Source of the DNA: an uncultured Desulfovibrio sp.
GTDB taxonomy: Bacteria > Desulfobacterota > Desulfovibrionia > Desulfovibrionales > Desulfovibrionaceae
Length of the DNA: 64,000 nucleotides
NCBI RefSeq assembly: GCF_910584445.1
Contig: NZ_CAJUBO010000006.1
Location: 42,240-106,239, forward strand
Reading direction: 5' to 3'
Shown here: piece after piece, positions 1-9,402 of the stretch
Layout of the letters: each line of letters starts with the position of its first letter
Numbering within the stretch: the first letter of the stretch is position 1
Program-made: the position numbers and the translations under genes
The notes under the pieces: generated by a model
What the model saw: the letters and a program-made list of their open reading frames with translations, nothing else
The model's database searches: none
What the model was told of the DNA's origin: nothing

Positions 1-1524
1 CTGCCCCTGGCTGCGGGCGCGCTCTTCCATGCCGCGGCCTGCCAGGAGTCGCTGGCCCGTTGCTCCAACCTTTCCGCGGACTTCAACCAGGCCCAGAAGC
101 TCTATCTGGACGTGGCGAACAGGCATCCCAAAAGCGCCGTTGCCGACGACGCCCTGCTGGCCGCCGCCCGCCTTCACGCGGGGCGCGCCTCCGGCAGGGA
201 AAAGGCGCTGGACCTGCTGGAGACCCTTCTGGACACCTATCCCAAAGGCGACATGGCTGCCGAGGCGCGGCGCCTCCAGACCGCCCTGCGTGAGGACGGG
301 CAGGAGGCCCAGGCGCGACGCCGCACCGCCGAACCACCGGAACTTCAGGTGCTTTCCTGGGATTCACCCAGCCGGAACCTGGTGGAGATCGTGCTGGAGA
401 TGAGCGCTCCCGCCCAGTTCAGCACCAGGCTCGAGGAAAGTCGCAAGGGCGCGCCGGCGCGCCTCTTCCTCGATCTTGAGGATGCGCGCGTGGTCAATGA
501 CGTCCGAAAGGGCGTCACCGTGCGCGGCAGCCTGCTCCAGGCGGTGCGCGTGCGCGACCGCAAACAGGGGGGCGCCACCCTGCAGTTCGATTTCCGTGAA
601 GTGCGCCGTTTTGACACGCGCAGCGAGGATGACCCTTGCCGCATCGTTCTCAGCGTGGCGGCGGGCAAGGCCACGCTGCCGCACAAGGGCAAGGGGCGCA
701 GCCGCCAGGGATATGCGGAGGCCGATGCCGACCAGGAGCCGCCGGTGAAGCGCGCAGCGGCACTCAAAACGCGCCAGGTCTCCGACATGGCGAGCCAGCT
801 CGGGCTTACTGTGCGGAAAGTCTTCATCGACGCCGGGCACGGCGGCAAGGACCCGGGCACGAGCCACAATGACGTTCTGGAACGGATGGTCACCCTTGAC
901 GTGGCCCTGCGCCTCGGCCGTCTGCTTGAGTCCAATGGCCTGGATGTCGTCTACAGCCGCCGCAAGGATGTCTCCGTCTCCCTGAGCGAACGCACGCGAA
1001 AGGCCAACGCGGAACGGGCCGACCTGTTCGTGTCCATCCATGTCAACGCCAATGACAACGCCCAGATCAACGGCTTTGAAACATATTATCTCGATCTTGC
1101 CAGCAATCCGCAGGCGGCCCGGGTAGCCATGCTGGAAAACGCCGGCAGCGACCGCCGCCTCGGGGACATGCAGTGCATGCTCGCTGATGTCATGCTCAGC
1201 GCGCGCGTCGAGGAATCGCGCCGCCTGGCAGGCGACATCCAGCGTCTTTCCATGTTCCGTCTCAAGCGCCGGGAATATGCCGTCAGGAACAACGGCGTGA
1301 AAGCCGCCCCCTTCCATGTGCTGCTCGGCGCGCAAATGCCGGCCATCCTTGTGGAACTCGGCTATTGCACCAATCGAGGCGAAGCCCGGAACCTGGGCAC
1401 GAGTTCCTACCGGCATGCCCTTGCCGAAGGACTTGCCGAAGGCATTCTCGCCTACCGGGACCGCCTTCTCAAGCGCCGCACTGCGGAGAATTCCTTGACT
1501 GCCGCCCCCCCTGATGCTATGTAG
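1..1524 (+). CDS. N-acetylmuramoyl-L-alanine amidase (AmiC-like: TPR-like N-region, AMIN-like domain, Amidase_3 domain); 5' end lies outside the window
   Basis: Frame 1 is open from nt 1; the ORF track starts at GTG 112. Motifs VFIDAGHGGKDPG, FVSIHVNA and GFETYYL are typical of Amidase_3. LQVLSWDS..VEIVLEM resembles an AMIN domain. Confidence 0.85.
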   Translation: MPLAAGALFHAAACQESLARCSNLSADFNQAQKLYLDVANRHPKSAVADDALLAAARLHAGRASGREKALDLLETLLDTYPKGDMAAEARRLQTALREDGQEAQARRRTAEPPELQVLSWDSPSRNLVEIVLEMSAPAQFSTRLEESRKGAPARLFLDLEDARVVNDVRKGVTVRGSLLQAVRVRDRKQGGATLQFDFREVRRFDTRSEDDPCRIVLSVAAGKATLPHKGKGRSRQGYAEADADQEPPVKRAAALKTRQVSDMASQLGLTVRKVFIDAGHGGKDPGTSHNDVLERMVTLDVALRLGRLLESNGLDVVYSRRKDVSVSLSERTRKANAERADLFVSIHVNANDNAQINGFETYYLDLASNPQAARVAMLENAGSDRRLGDMQCMLADVMLSARVEESRRLAGDIQRLSMFRLKRREYAVRNNGVKAAPFHVLLGAQMPAILVELGYCTNRGEARNLGTSSYRHALAEGLAEGILAYRDRLLKRRTAENSLTAAPPDAM

Positions 1525-1683
1525 CCCCAGTTTGCAGCCTTGCGCGCTCATCGTCGCTCAGCCGATCCCTGGTTGCGCGGGCGTTGCGCGCGTTTTTCGC
1601 GCCGGAACTTTCCGGCACGCCCGTGTTGCAGGGGTGGCACCATTTCTCATACATCACACAGTCATTTTTTAAGGAGAACCTCA

Positions 1684-2241
1684 ATGCGCAATAGTGTTCT
1701 GACGATCCTTGCCGCCTGCCTGCTCATGTCGGCACCGGCTATCGCAGCGGACGCTTCGGCCGTGCCTGCCGCCAAGATCGGCGTCGTGGACATGCAGACC
1801 GTCGCCACGCAGAGCGACCCCGCCAAGGCCGCCAAGGAACAGATGGAAAGCAAGTACGGCAAGGAGCGGGCCAGCCTTGAAAAACAGGGCGAATCGCTCA
1901 AGAAACAGGCGGAAGCCCTCAAGAACCCCAAGGCCAGCGAAGAAAAAAAGCTCGCCTTTATCCGCGCCAAGCAGGAACTGGACCAGAAGACCCGCAATTT
2001 CCTCCGCAAGGTGGAGCAGGACGAGATCAAGCTGCGCCAGGACATGGTGACCCTGGTTTTCAGCGCCACCTATGAAGTGGCCCGCGCCAAGGGCTTCAAC
2101 TTCGTGGTTGACGTCACGGCGGGCGGCGTTCTCTATGCCGACCAGTCCATGGATCTCACCCAGGATGTGCTCGCCGAGGTCAACAAGCTCTACAAGGAAA
2201 AGAAAAAGCCCGAAAAGAGCGGCAAGGCCGACAAGAAGTAA
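1684..2241 (+). CDS. skp: OmpH/Skp family periplasmic chaperone
   Basis: ATG 1684 is preceded by AAGGAG. Signal peptide MRNSVLTILAACLLMSAPAIAADA, then a Lys/Glu/Gln-rich coiled region and a KK-rich tail. The upstream part of ORF 1540-2241 was discarded. Confidence 0.8.
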   Translation: MRNSVLTILAACLLMSAPAIAADASAVPAAKIGVVDMQTVATQSDPAKAAKEQMESKYGKERASLEKQGESLKKQAEALKNPKASEEKKLAFIRAKQELDQKTRNFLRKVEQDEIKLRQDMVTLVFSATYEVARAKGFNFVVDVTAGGVLYADQSMDLTQDVLAEVNKLYKEKKKPEKSGKADKK

Positions 2242-2251
2242 CTTCGGACGC

Positions 2252-2279
2252 AAAGCCTCCCCGCGCGGGAGGCTTTTTG
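2252..2279 (+). terminator. Rho-independent terminator after skp
   Basis: AAGCCTCCC-cgcgc-GGGAGGCTT followed by TTTTGC. Confidence 0.7.
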
Positions 2280-2436
2280 CTGGCGCCCCCTGCCGGTGCC
2301 CCGTTCCGCCCCGAATCATCCCCATCATCCCACGGTTATGTTGTATACTGCGGTTGATGGATATTCCAGGTTCCGTCTGGAGCGGAGCGACAGACGGATG
2401 CTGGTGCCGGAAGAATCCGAAAAAATACGATTTTTC

Positions 2437-2522
2437 GGCGCTGGCAAGGAAGAGAAAAATTTTCGCAGGGAGTGTACTCAGGTACTCGACCAAGAAAATT
2501 TTTCTCTGACGCCGCCAGCGCC
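2437..2522. repeat. 86-nt two-tier inverted repeat (hairpin) in the skp-fabZ spacer
   Basis: GGCGCTGGC (2437-2445) pairs with GCCAGCGCC (2514-2522). AGAGAAAAATTTTC (2451-2464) pairs perfectly with GAAAATTTTTCTCT (2494-2507). Confidence 0.6.
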
Positions 2523-2621
2523 GAAGAGGCTGTTTTTGACGGATAATTGCGGCATTGCCCACACAGCGCAGGGGCGTCATCAACCCCAAAATATAATAAT
2601 GCCTATCCCACGGAGCCAACC

Positions 2622-3086
2622 ATGAGCCAGTCCCCCGCGGCAGACGCGCAAACCATGGACATCCAGCGCATCCTTTCCCTCCTGCCCCACCGCTACCCCT
2701 TCCTCCTTGTGGACCGCGTTGTGGAATGCGTGCCTGGTTCGCATATCCGCGCCTACAAGAACGTCAGCGTCAACGAGCCATTTTTTCAGGGGCATTTCCC
2801 CGGCGTTCCCATCATGCCGGGCGTGCTGATCCTTGAAGCGCTGGCGCAGACCGGCGGCCTGCTCGCCGCGGCCGGCATGGGCGACCTGGGGAACAAGCTC
2901 TTTCTCTTCACCGGCCTTGACGGCGTGAAATTCCGCCGCCAGGTGGTTCCCGGGGATCGGCTTGATCTTGAATGCGGCAACATGCGCATGAAACTCAAGC
3001 TCTGCAAAATGGAAGCGCGCGCCTATGTGGACGGCAAACTGGCGGCCGAAGCGCAGATCACCGCCGCCATCGGCGACAGGCCCTGA
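2622..3086 (+). CDS. fabZ: 3-hydroxyacyl-ACP dehydratase FabZ
   Basis: [13 protein letters not shown] and [26 protein letters not shown] are hallmark FabZ motifs. ATG 2622 follows GGAGCC. Confidence 0.92.
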   Translation: MSQSPAADAQTMDIQRILSLLPHRYPFLLVDRVVECVPGSHIRAYKNVSVNEPFFQGHFPGVPIMPGVLILEALAQTGGLLAAAGMGDLGNKLFLFTGLDGVKFRRQVVPGDRLDLECGNMRMKLKLCKMEARAYVDGKLAAEAQITAAIGDRP

Positions 3087-3110
3087 AGGCGCGCGCCAGG
3101 TCCGGCCGAC

Positions 3111-3159
3111 AAACGTCCGCGTGATGCGCCCTGTGTGGCAGATCAGGCGGACGTTTTTT
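3111..3159 (+). terminator. Candidate intrinsic terminator after fabZ (long-loop hairpin)
   Basis: AAACGTCCGC (3111-3120) pairs with GCGGACGTTT (3147-3156), followed by TTTT. The 26-nt loop has inner TGAT/ATCA pairing. Confidence 0.45.
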
Positions 3160-3339
3160 GCGGTCCGGCCGTCCTCCGGGCGCGCCCGGACCCCGGCCTT
3201 TCCCGGTCGCAGGTTTCCCGGCGCCATCCAAGGCGCAGTTATCAGGGCCGCGGCTCTTCCTTTTCCCCGGATTCTCCTGTACCGTCAGCACAGATGGATA
3301 CCGACATGCGACGTTGAGGAAAATCGCCAAGGAGCGGAC

Positions 3340-3867
3340 ATGCCTGTTCTGGTCATCGTGGACGCGCAAAAGGAATATGTGACGAAAGGACGCCCCTTTT
3401 ATCTTGAAACCATCGGCCCTTCGCTGGAGAACCTGCAAAAACTCCTGGCCCATGCCAGGAAGCACGACTGGAAGATAGCGCATATGCGCCACGAGCAGAA
3501 TTCCATGTGCTTCACCTACGGAAGCCCCTATGCGGAGTTCATCGATGGCTTTGGCCCGCAGGAAGGGGAGGAAAGCATGGTGAAGTCAAACTTTTCCTGC
3601 TTTTCCTGCCGCGAGTTTCAGGCCCTGGTGGATAAATACCGGCACGACGAGATCATCCTTGCCGGATACGGCACAAGCATGTGCTGCCTGTCGACCATGA
3701 TCGACGCCCATCATCGCGGCTACGACTTTACCTTCGTTGCGGACGCCACCTGCGCGAAACGTTCGGCCCGCTTTGATGAACAGGACATGAAAGAGCATAT
3801 CGTGGATATTCTTGCGGCGTTTGGTCATCTGACCACGACCGAAGAAATCCTGCGGCGCGCTTCCTAG
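3340..3867 (+). CDS. Isochorismatase-family cysteine hydrolase
   Basis: MPVLVIVDAQKEY...IILAGYGTSMCCLSTMIDA matches the Asp/Lys/Cys hydrolase pattern. ATG 3340 follows GGAGCGG. Confidence 0.8.
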   Translation: MPVLVIVDAQKEYVTKGRPFYLETIGPSLENLQKLLAHARKHDWKIAHMRHEQNSMCFTYGSPYAEFIDGFGPQEGEESMVKSNFSCFSCREFQALVDKYRHDEIILAGYGTSMCCLSTMIDAHHRGYDFTFVADATCAKRSARFDEQDMKEHIVDILAAFGHLTTTEEILRRAS

Positions 3868-3940
3868 AGCATCTTGCTGAGGAAAATATCTGCAAGACAT
3901 ATATTTTCCTCAGTTTCCGCTGCCGGCATTTTCTCGCAGG
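3862..3940 (+). repeat. Modular AT-rich hairpin repeat, copy C (5' block, one 13-bp hairpin, 3' block)
   Basis: CCTAGAGCATCTTGCTGAGGAAA is close to copy A at 19804. CTGAGGAAAATAT and ATATTTTCCTCAG form a perfect 13-bp stem. CGCTGCCGGCATTTT parallels CGCTGCCAGCATTT of copy A. Confidence 0.7.
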
Positions 3941-4277
3941 GCGGGACAAGCGGCGGAAAAGCGTGATTTTTCCGCCGCAGTGCGGCGCTGGTTCGCACCG
4001 GGATCAAGCGCGCATGCCATGCGCGCGTTCGCGTTGCCCGTCCGCGCTCCCCGGCAGCGGAGCTGCGCCAGGGGAGGATGCCCCTGCCGCCGCTGCCCGG
4101 TCAGCACTCAGCGCGGTTTGGTGCTGGTAGTATCCAAACCGCGCTGCCGTCATCAGAACAGGCATGGCAGGGGCAGCGATGCCCCGACTGCAACGCAACG
4201 GACGGCATCGGCCCGCGGCCCCCCCGCGGATCGTCGAAAAGCCGGCAGCCTCCGCCACCCACATGGCGCCACGGTCG

Positions 4278-6275
4278 CTATTTTTCGCTTTGTCCGGCCT
4301 CCAGCCGAAGCCACGCGCGATGGATTTCCTCCAGGACTTCCGGCCGCGCGATGGTCGATATGTCCCCCAGGTTTTCCAGCGCCTCGCCGGAAGCGATTTT
4401 CCGCAACAGGCGCCGGACGATTTTTCCCGACAGCGTCTTGGGCATGTTTTCCACAAACTGGATGCGCTCCGGGCTTGCCAGGGCGCCAATATTTTTCCGT
4501 ACCCAGTCCCGCAGTTCGTTACGCAGTTCTTCCGTCCAGTCCACTTCGCCCCGGAGCGCCACATACGCATAGATGGCTTCGCCCTTGATCTCGTGGGGAA
4601 TGGGCACCACCGCGGCCTCTCCCACTGCGGGATGGGCCGCCAGAACAGATTCTATCTCCACAGTGGAAAGGCGGTGGCCCGAGACATTGATCGTGTCGTC
4701 CATGCGCCCCAAAATCCAGTAATTGCCGTCTTCATCCCTTTTTGCGCCATCTCCGGAGAAATAGTTTCCCGGAAAGCGGTCAAAATAGCTTTTGAATTTG
4801 TCCTCGTTCTGGAACACGCCGGTGAACTGGCCCGGCCAGGACCTTTTAAAGACCAGGTTCCCGGCCTCATTGGCCTGAGCGGCCGCGCCGTCGGAACGCA
4901 GGATCTCCGCTTCGACGCCGGGCAACGGTTTGGTGACGGAACCCGGGCGCAGATGTGTGGCATAGGGCAGCGGAGAGATCATGACCCCGCCGGTCTCGGT
5001 CTGCCACCAGGTGTCCACGATGGGCAGCTCGCCCTTGCCGATATGCGTGTGGTACCACATCCAGGCCTCGGGATTCATAGGCTCGCCCACCGAGCCAAGG
5101 ATCCGCAGCGAGGAAAGGTCATACCGGCTGACCCAGTCCACCCCATGACGCATGAGACTGCGCACGACCGTGGGCGCTGTGTAGAGGATATTGATGCGGT
5201 ATTTTTCCACCATGCGCCAATAGCGGTCGGGCTTGGGCCATGTGGGCGTGCCCTCGAACATGATGGTCGTGGCCCCCAGGCTCAGAGGCCCGTAAACCAG
5301 ATAGGTATGCCCCGTGATCCAGCCGCAATCGGCCGTGCACCAGTACACGTCCGTATCCTTGAGATCAAAGACCCACTGGGTGGTGTGCGCGGCATAGGTC
5401 AGGTAGCCGCCCGTGGAATGGATCACGCCTGTGGGGCGTCCGGTGCTCCCGCTCGTGTGCAGGATAAAGAGAGGGTCTTCGGCATCCATGGAGGCGCAGG
5501 GAAAATCAGCGTCAAGCGTAAAATCCTCCAGAAAATCCTGCCACCAGATATCCCGCCCCCGGAGCATGCTCACGCTGTCGTTGGTGCGATTGACGACCAC
5601 CACCTTCTGCACGGTGGGGCAGTTGTTGAGGATCTTGTCCAGATTTGCCTTGAGCGGTTTCGGCTGACCGCCCCGCATCACGGCGTCCGCCGTGATGACG
5701 ACTTTCGAGCCTGAATCATGGATGCGCCCCTGGACGGCGCCTTCGGCATAGCCGGTAAAAATATTGGTATGGATGGCACCCAGGCGCGCGCATGCCAGCA
5801 TGGCGATGACAAGCTCCGGGATCATGGGCAGATACAGGGCCACGCGATCGCCCTTTTTTATTCCCAGGGCATCCAGGGCGGCGGCCACGCGACAAACATC
5901 ATTATACAGCATCTGATAGGTGTAGGCGCGCACTTCCATTTCGCGCTCACCCTGCCAGATCAGGGCGGCCTTGTTGCGATGATCGGTAATGATATGCCGG
6001 TCAACGCAATTATAGGCGGCATTCAACCGGCCGCCGGCAAACCAGGAAACTTTCGGGATGGAAAAATCCGAGGCATCTGTCGTATGCCACGGCTTGAACC
6101 AGTGCAGAAGGCTTCTGGCACGGCTCGCCCAGAATTCGGAAGGATCTGTCCGCGCCAGTCGGCACAATTCTTCATATTCCCTTCTGCTGCGTACGCGCGC
6201 CACATCCTTGCCGTGACGAGGGGGAAGATAGCTGCTGTTTTCATACAACAGATTTTCCGGTTTTTGCATCGACAT
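4278..6275 (-). CDS. acs: Acetyl-CoA synthetase (AMP-forming)
   Basis: Full-length similarity pattern to Acs (WFAGGRLNAAYNCVDRH, LHTSGSTGRPTG, WWQTETGG, SGKIVRRLLRKIA). Start chosen at MSMQKPEN (6275), which has a GAGGTG RBS. Confidence 0.93.
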   Translation of the reverse strand: MSMQKPENLLYENSSYLPPRHGKDVARVRSRREYEELCRLARTDPSEFWASRARSLLHWFKPWHTTDASDFSIPKVSWFAGGRLNAAYNCVDRHIITDHRNKAALIWQGEREMEVRAYTYQMLYNDVCRVAAALDALGIKKGDRVALYLPMIPELVIAMLACARLGAIHTNIFTGYAEGAVQGRIHDSGSKVVITADAVMRGGQPKPLKANLDKILNNCPTVQKVVVVNRTNDSVSMLRGRDIWWQDFLEDFTLDADFPCASMDAEDPLFILHTSGSTGRPTGVIHSTGGYLTYAAHTTQWVFDLKDTDVYWCTADCGWITGHTYLVYGPLSLGATTIMFEGTPTWPKPDRYWRMVEKYRINILYTAPTVVRSLMRHGVDWVSRYDLSSLRILGSVGEPMNPEAWMWYHTHIGKGELPIVDTWWQTETGGVMISPLPYATHLRPGSVTKPLPGVEAEILRSDGAAAQANEAGNLVFKRSWPGQFTGVFQNEDKFKSYFDRFPGNYFSGDGAKRDEDGNYWILGRMDDTINVSGHRLSTVEIESVLAAHPAVGEAAVVPIPHEIKGEAIYAYVALRGEVDWTEELRNELRDWVRKNIGALASPERIQFVENMPKTLSGKIVRRLLRKIASGEALENLGDISTIARPEVLEEIHRAWLRLEAGQSEK

Positions 6276-6550
6276 AGGCACCTCGGCAAGTTTTTGGACC
6301 GTGGATCTGACGCGCGTCATCCCCTCATATGCTTCACGACGACCCCGGACAGTGGTTCCCACGTAACGGTGGTCCTGTATTTCAGCAGCGGTACTCTGCC
6401 TCAAAAAATGAATAAGATACTTTTTGCCCCATGGTCAACTGGAAGGACGTATTTCAAGGTTGTGAATATTAAAACAAAACAGAACTGCCGACGGAAAAAC
6501 TAAACTGTTGTCTGCGGCCCCCTCCTTCCGGACGGACGCGCCCCGCATGC

Positions 6551-6586
6551 AAAACGGCGCCGCTTCCATGGGGAAACGGCGCCGCC
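6551..6586 (-). terminator. Rho-independent terminator after the HU gene
   Basis: On the minus strand: CGGCGCCG, a 14-nt loop, CGGCGCCG, then TTTTG. Confidence 0.55.
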
Positions 6587-6610
6587 TGAACATCGGAACG
6601 GACAAAGCCA

Positions 6611-6886
6611 CTACTTGATGGCGTCTTTCAGGCCCTTGCCCGGCGTGAATTTGGCGACCTTGCTGGCAGGGATGGTGATCTCGGCGCCGGTCCTGGGGTT
6701 GCGGCCCTTGCGCGCGGCGCGCGAAACGACCTTGAAACTGCCAAAACCGGTGAAGGTCACCGATTCGCCACCGGCCAGGGCGTCGCGCAACGAAGCCACC
6801 ACCGCGTCCAGGGCTTCTTCAGCCTTGGCTTTGGTGGGCAGGCCGGCCTTGGCGTAAATTTTTTCCACAAGCTCAGCTTTCGTCAT
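6611..6886 (-). CDS. hup: HU family DNA-binding protein
   Basis: MTKAELVEKIY...FTGFGSFKVVSRAARKGRNPRTGAEITIPASKVAKFTPGKGLK is canonical HU. The internal ATG at 6886 was chosen, giving 91 aa. Confidence 0.93.
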   Translation of the reverse strand: MTKAELVEKIYAKAGLPTKAKAEEALDAVVASLRDALAGGESVTFTGFGSFKVVSRAARKGRNPRTGAEITIPASKVAKFTPGKGLKDAIK

Positions 6887-7122
6887 GATGTGTCTCCAGA
6901 AGTTCAGGTTGACGTGCAAATGCCAAAGGCAGGCCAGAAACCAAAGCCCTGCAACGGCATCCTGGCGTGAACGCCGTTGCCTGTTACGGGACAAGCGCCT
7001 CGCGCCGGAAACACGCCCGGTCACGACCGCCGGCCTGATGACAATACCCTTAGTTGCTCTCCTCTCTAAGTAATGGGCGCGGGCATGTCAACAGAAAAAG
7101 CGCGGAAAACGGCGCCGGAGAT

Positions 7123-7953
7123 TCAGAGATCCAGCAGCTCGACCTCGGAACGACGCAGTGGACTGCCCAGAAACAGCCCCCCGGTACGGACGAAACGATC
7201 GGGATTGTCCGTTGTCAGGAAACGCCAGCTTCCGCCGATTCCCGAACGGTTCAACAGGTTCTGGCGCCGCAGTTCCCCCTCCACGCATTCGGCGGTGGTG
7301 GCGGCGGAGTCCACAATGACCACCTCAGGACCCACCACATTCTGCAAAGCGCGCAGCAGGAGCGGAAAATGCGTGCAGCCAAGCACGAGCGTGTCCGGAC
7401 GCGATGCCGTCATGACCGGAGAAAACAGGTCATCCAGATAGCGGCGTGCCACGCCCTCCACCAGCGCCCCCTCCATCCAGCCTTCTTCGGCCATGGGCAC
7501 AAAGAGCGTGCAGGCGCGCCCGCGCACGCGCGCCTCGGGCCGGATGCGCGCAATGGCCTCCTGATATGCCCCTCCGGAAATGGTGGCCTCCGTGGCAATG
7601 ACCACTATCTCGCCATTGCGGCTGGCGCGCGCCGCCGCGGCCGCGCCCGGCTCCACCACGCCAACGACCGGAAGCGGCGCAAATTCGCGCTGCAAGGCCG
7701 GCAGCGCGGCGGCGGTGGCCGTATTGCATGCCACCACCAGCATTTTTGCCCCACGTTCCACCAGGGTACGCGCCGCACGGAGCGTATAACGGACAATGGT
7801 GTCGCGCCCCTTGGTGCCATAGGGCAGGCGCGCCGTATCGCCCAGATACAGCAGATTCTCAGCGGGCAGACGCCGGGAAACGGCCTTGAGCACCGTCAGG
7901 CCGCCCACTCCGGAATCAAAAATGGCGATGGGCAATTGCGAAGAGTCCTGCAT
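7123..7953 (-). CDS. murI: Glutamate racemase
   Basis: IAIFDSGVGGLTVL, VVACNTA and LGCTHFP contain the two catalytic Cys motifs. Confidence 0.92.
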   Translation of the reverse strand: MQDSSQLPIAIFDSGVGGLTVLKAVSRRLPAENLLYLGDTARLPYGTKGRDTIVRYTLRAARTLVERGAKMLVVACNTATAAALPALQREFAPLPVVGVVEPGAAAAARASRNGEIVVIATEATISGGAYQEAIARIRPEARVRGRACTLFVPMAEEGWMEGALVEGVARRYLDDLFSPVMTASRPDTLVLGCTHFPLLLRALQNVVGPEVVIVDSAATTAECVEGELRRQNLLNRSGIGGSWRFLTTDNPDRFVRTGGLFLGSPLRRSEVELLDL

Positions 7954-7989
7954 GGGGCATTCCTTGGAGAAAAAAAGGGGACGAAAGCG

Positions 7990-8880
7990 CTAGAGAGCTT
8001 GGCCCAGACAGCGCACTGCTGTAAAGAGCAAAATCGCGGCCAGCAGGTATTTCAGCATGCGCGCGGAAACGAACTTCTGACAGCGGGCGCCCAGATACAT
8101 GCCGCCCATGCCCCCCACACCGAAGAGCAGACCGAGGAGCCAGTCGGGCCGCACCTCCAGGGCAGGCCAGAACGGCGCGAGCAGACTGTAAAAGCAAACG
8201 CCCGCAATGGACGTCAGAAACGTGCAGAACAGGGAGGCCCCGGACACGGCATGCACCGGCAGCCCAAAAAAGGAAATGAGGAACGGCACCATGATGGCGC
8301 CTCCGCCAATGCCGTAAATGCCGCCCACAAGCCCCACCACCAGGCTCAGCAGGGATACCGCCCGGCAGGAAACGCGAAATGTCTCCTCCCCGCTGGCAAA
8401 CACGAATTCCCGCACTCCGAAATGCAGAACGCGGCAGGGCGCGGCCGTGCCGGCAGCCCCCGTGCGCGGTTTCCGGAGCCGGCGCGGGTGCCAGACGTCG
8501 AAAAGGAGGCGGCCCGCCATATACAGCAGGACCATGGCCGCGAACAGGGCGAATCGCGAGGCCTCCGGCAAAAGGGTCACGCGGATGAACGCGCCTGCAA
8601 AAACACCGGGGAGAGTGCCCAGGGCCATGAGCAGGGTGAGTGGCCCGAGGAGCCTCCCCTCGCGCCAATAGCGCCAGACCCCCGACGGGCACGCCACGAT
8701 GTTGAAAACCTGGTTGGTGGCGCTCACGCCGGGATGGACGTAGCCAAGCACGTTGATCTGGAACGGCAGCAGCAGAAAGGCGCCGGAGACCCCCCCCATG
8801 GATGTCAGAAAAGAGATACAGAAAGCCGCGGCCACGGGCAGGGCGGCGGAGCATTCGACACCGGAAACGGGAAACAGCAT
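7990..8880 (-). CDS. TauE/SafE (TSUP) family anion exporter membrane protein
   Basis: Multi-TM protein with duplicated GxGGG-type segments (GIYGIGGGAIMVP). Lies 36 nt downstream of murI. Confidence 0.75.
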   Translation of the reverse strand: MLFPVSGVECSAALPVAAAFCISFLTSMGGVSGAFLLLPFQINVLGYVHPGVSATNQVFNIVACPSGVWRYWREGRLLGPLTLLMALGTLPGVFAGAFIRVTLLPEASRFALFAAMVLLYMAGRLLFDVWHPRRLRKPRTGAAGTAAPCRVLHFGVREFVFASGEETFRVSCRAVSLLSLVVGLVGGIYGIGGGAIMVPFLISFFGLPVHAVSGASLFCTFLTSIAGVCFYSLLAPFWPALEVRPDWLLGLLFGVGGMGGMYLGARCQKFVSARMLKYLLAAILLFTAVRCLGQAL

Positions 8881-9012
8881 GGCATCTCCTTCTCAGGCAT
8901 CCGGGCCGGGCGCACAAGGCCGGGACGGACAGGACCGCGGCCCTGCGGCTTGACAGTACGGCGTTTTTTTGTGCATCCTCTTGCCGCTTGAATATCTTGC
9001 AGCGGAGGCATC

Positions 9013-9231
9013 ATGGCGAAAGAAGGGTCCATTGAAGTTGACGGCGTGGTGCAGGAAGCCCTGCCCAATGCCATGTTCCGCGTGGAGCTGGAAAACGGCC
9101 ACGAAGTGCTGGCCCATATTTCCGGCAAGATGCGTAAATTCTATATCCGTATCCTTCCCGGCGATCGCGTCAAGGTGGAGCTTTCGCCGTATGACCTCTC
9201 GCGCGGGCGTATCACCTATCGCATGAAGTAG
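9013..9231 (+). CDS. infA: Translation initiation factor IF-1
   Basis: 72 aa: [70 protein letters not shown]. Confidence 0.97.
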   Translation: MAKEGSIEVDGVVQEALPNAMFRVELENGHEVLAHISGKMRKFYIRILPGDRVKVELSPYDLSRGRITYRMK

Positions 9232-9402
9232 GAGGCGCATTCGCGGGCCGGCAGGATATCCGCGCCCGTGGCGCAGCAGCGGCAGAACGGCCCATCACCG
9301 TACAGCGCCCTCTTCATGTGATGGATGCCGTTCCCGTCGTTTCATCCTTTTCCTTGCGTGCATACCCCGGCCGGCGGCCGCGTGTCCCCGCCCCGGTGGC
9401 GC

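Noticed and set aside
1635-1650. TGGCAC, a sigma-54 -24-like element upstream of skp
   Set aside because: The required GC dinucleotide at the -12 position is absent (TGGCACCATTTCTCA), so this is not a sigma-54 promoter.
4164-5714. 516-aa plus-strand ORF
   Set aside because: Antisense to acetyl-CoA synthetase, whose identity is unambiguous.
6276-6550. Possible sigma-54 or CRP-type sites in the AT-rich acs upstream region
   Set aside because: GGCAGAGTACCGCTGC has the wrong GG-to-GC spacing, and only one TGTGA half-site is present. The evidence is insufficient to call a site.
6553-6586. Direct repeat AACGGCGCCGC x2, which superficially resembles a repeat array
   Set aside because: There are only two copies. 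CGGCGCCG is self-complementary, and the pair forms the stem of the HU terminator.
7054-8991. 645-aa plus-strand ORF
   Set aside because: Antisense to murI and the TauE gene. Arg/Gly/His-rich and without motifs.
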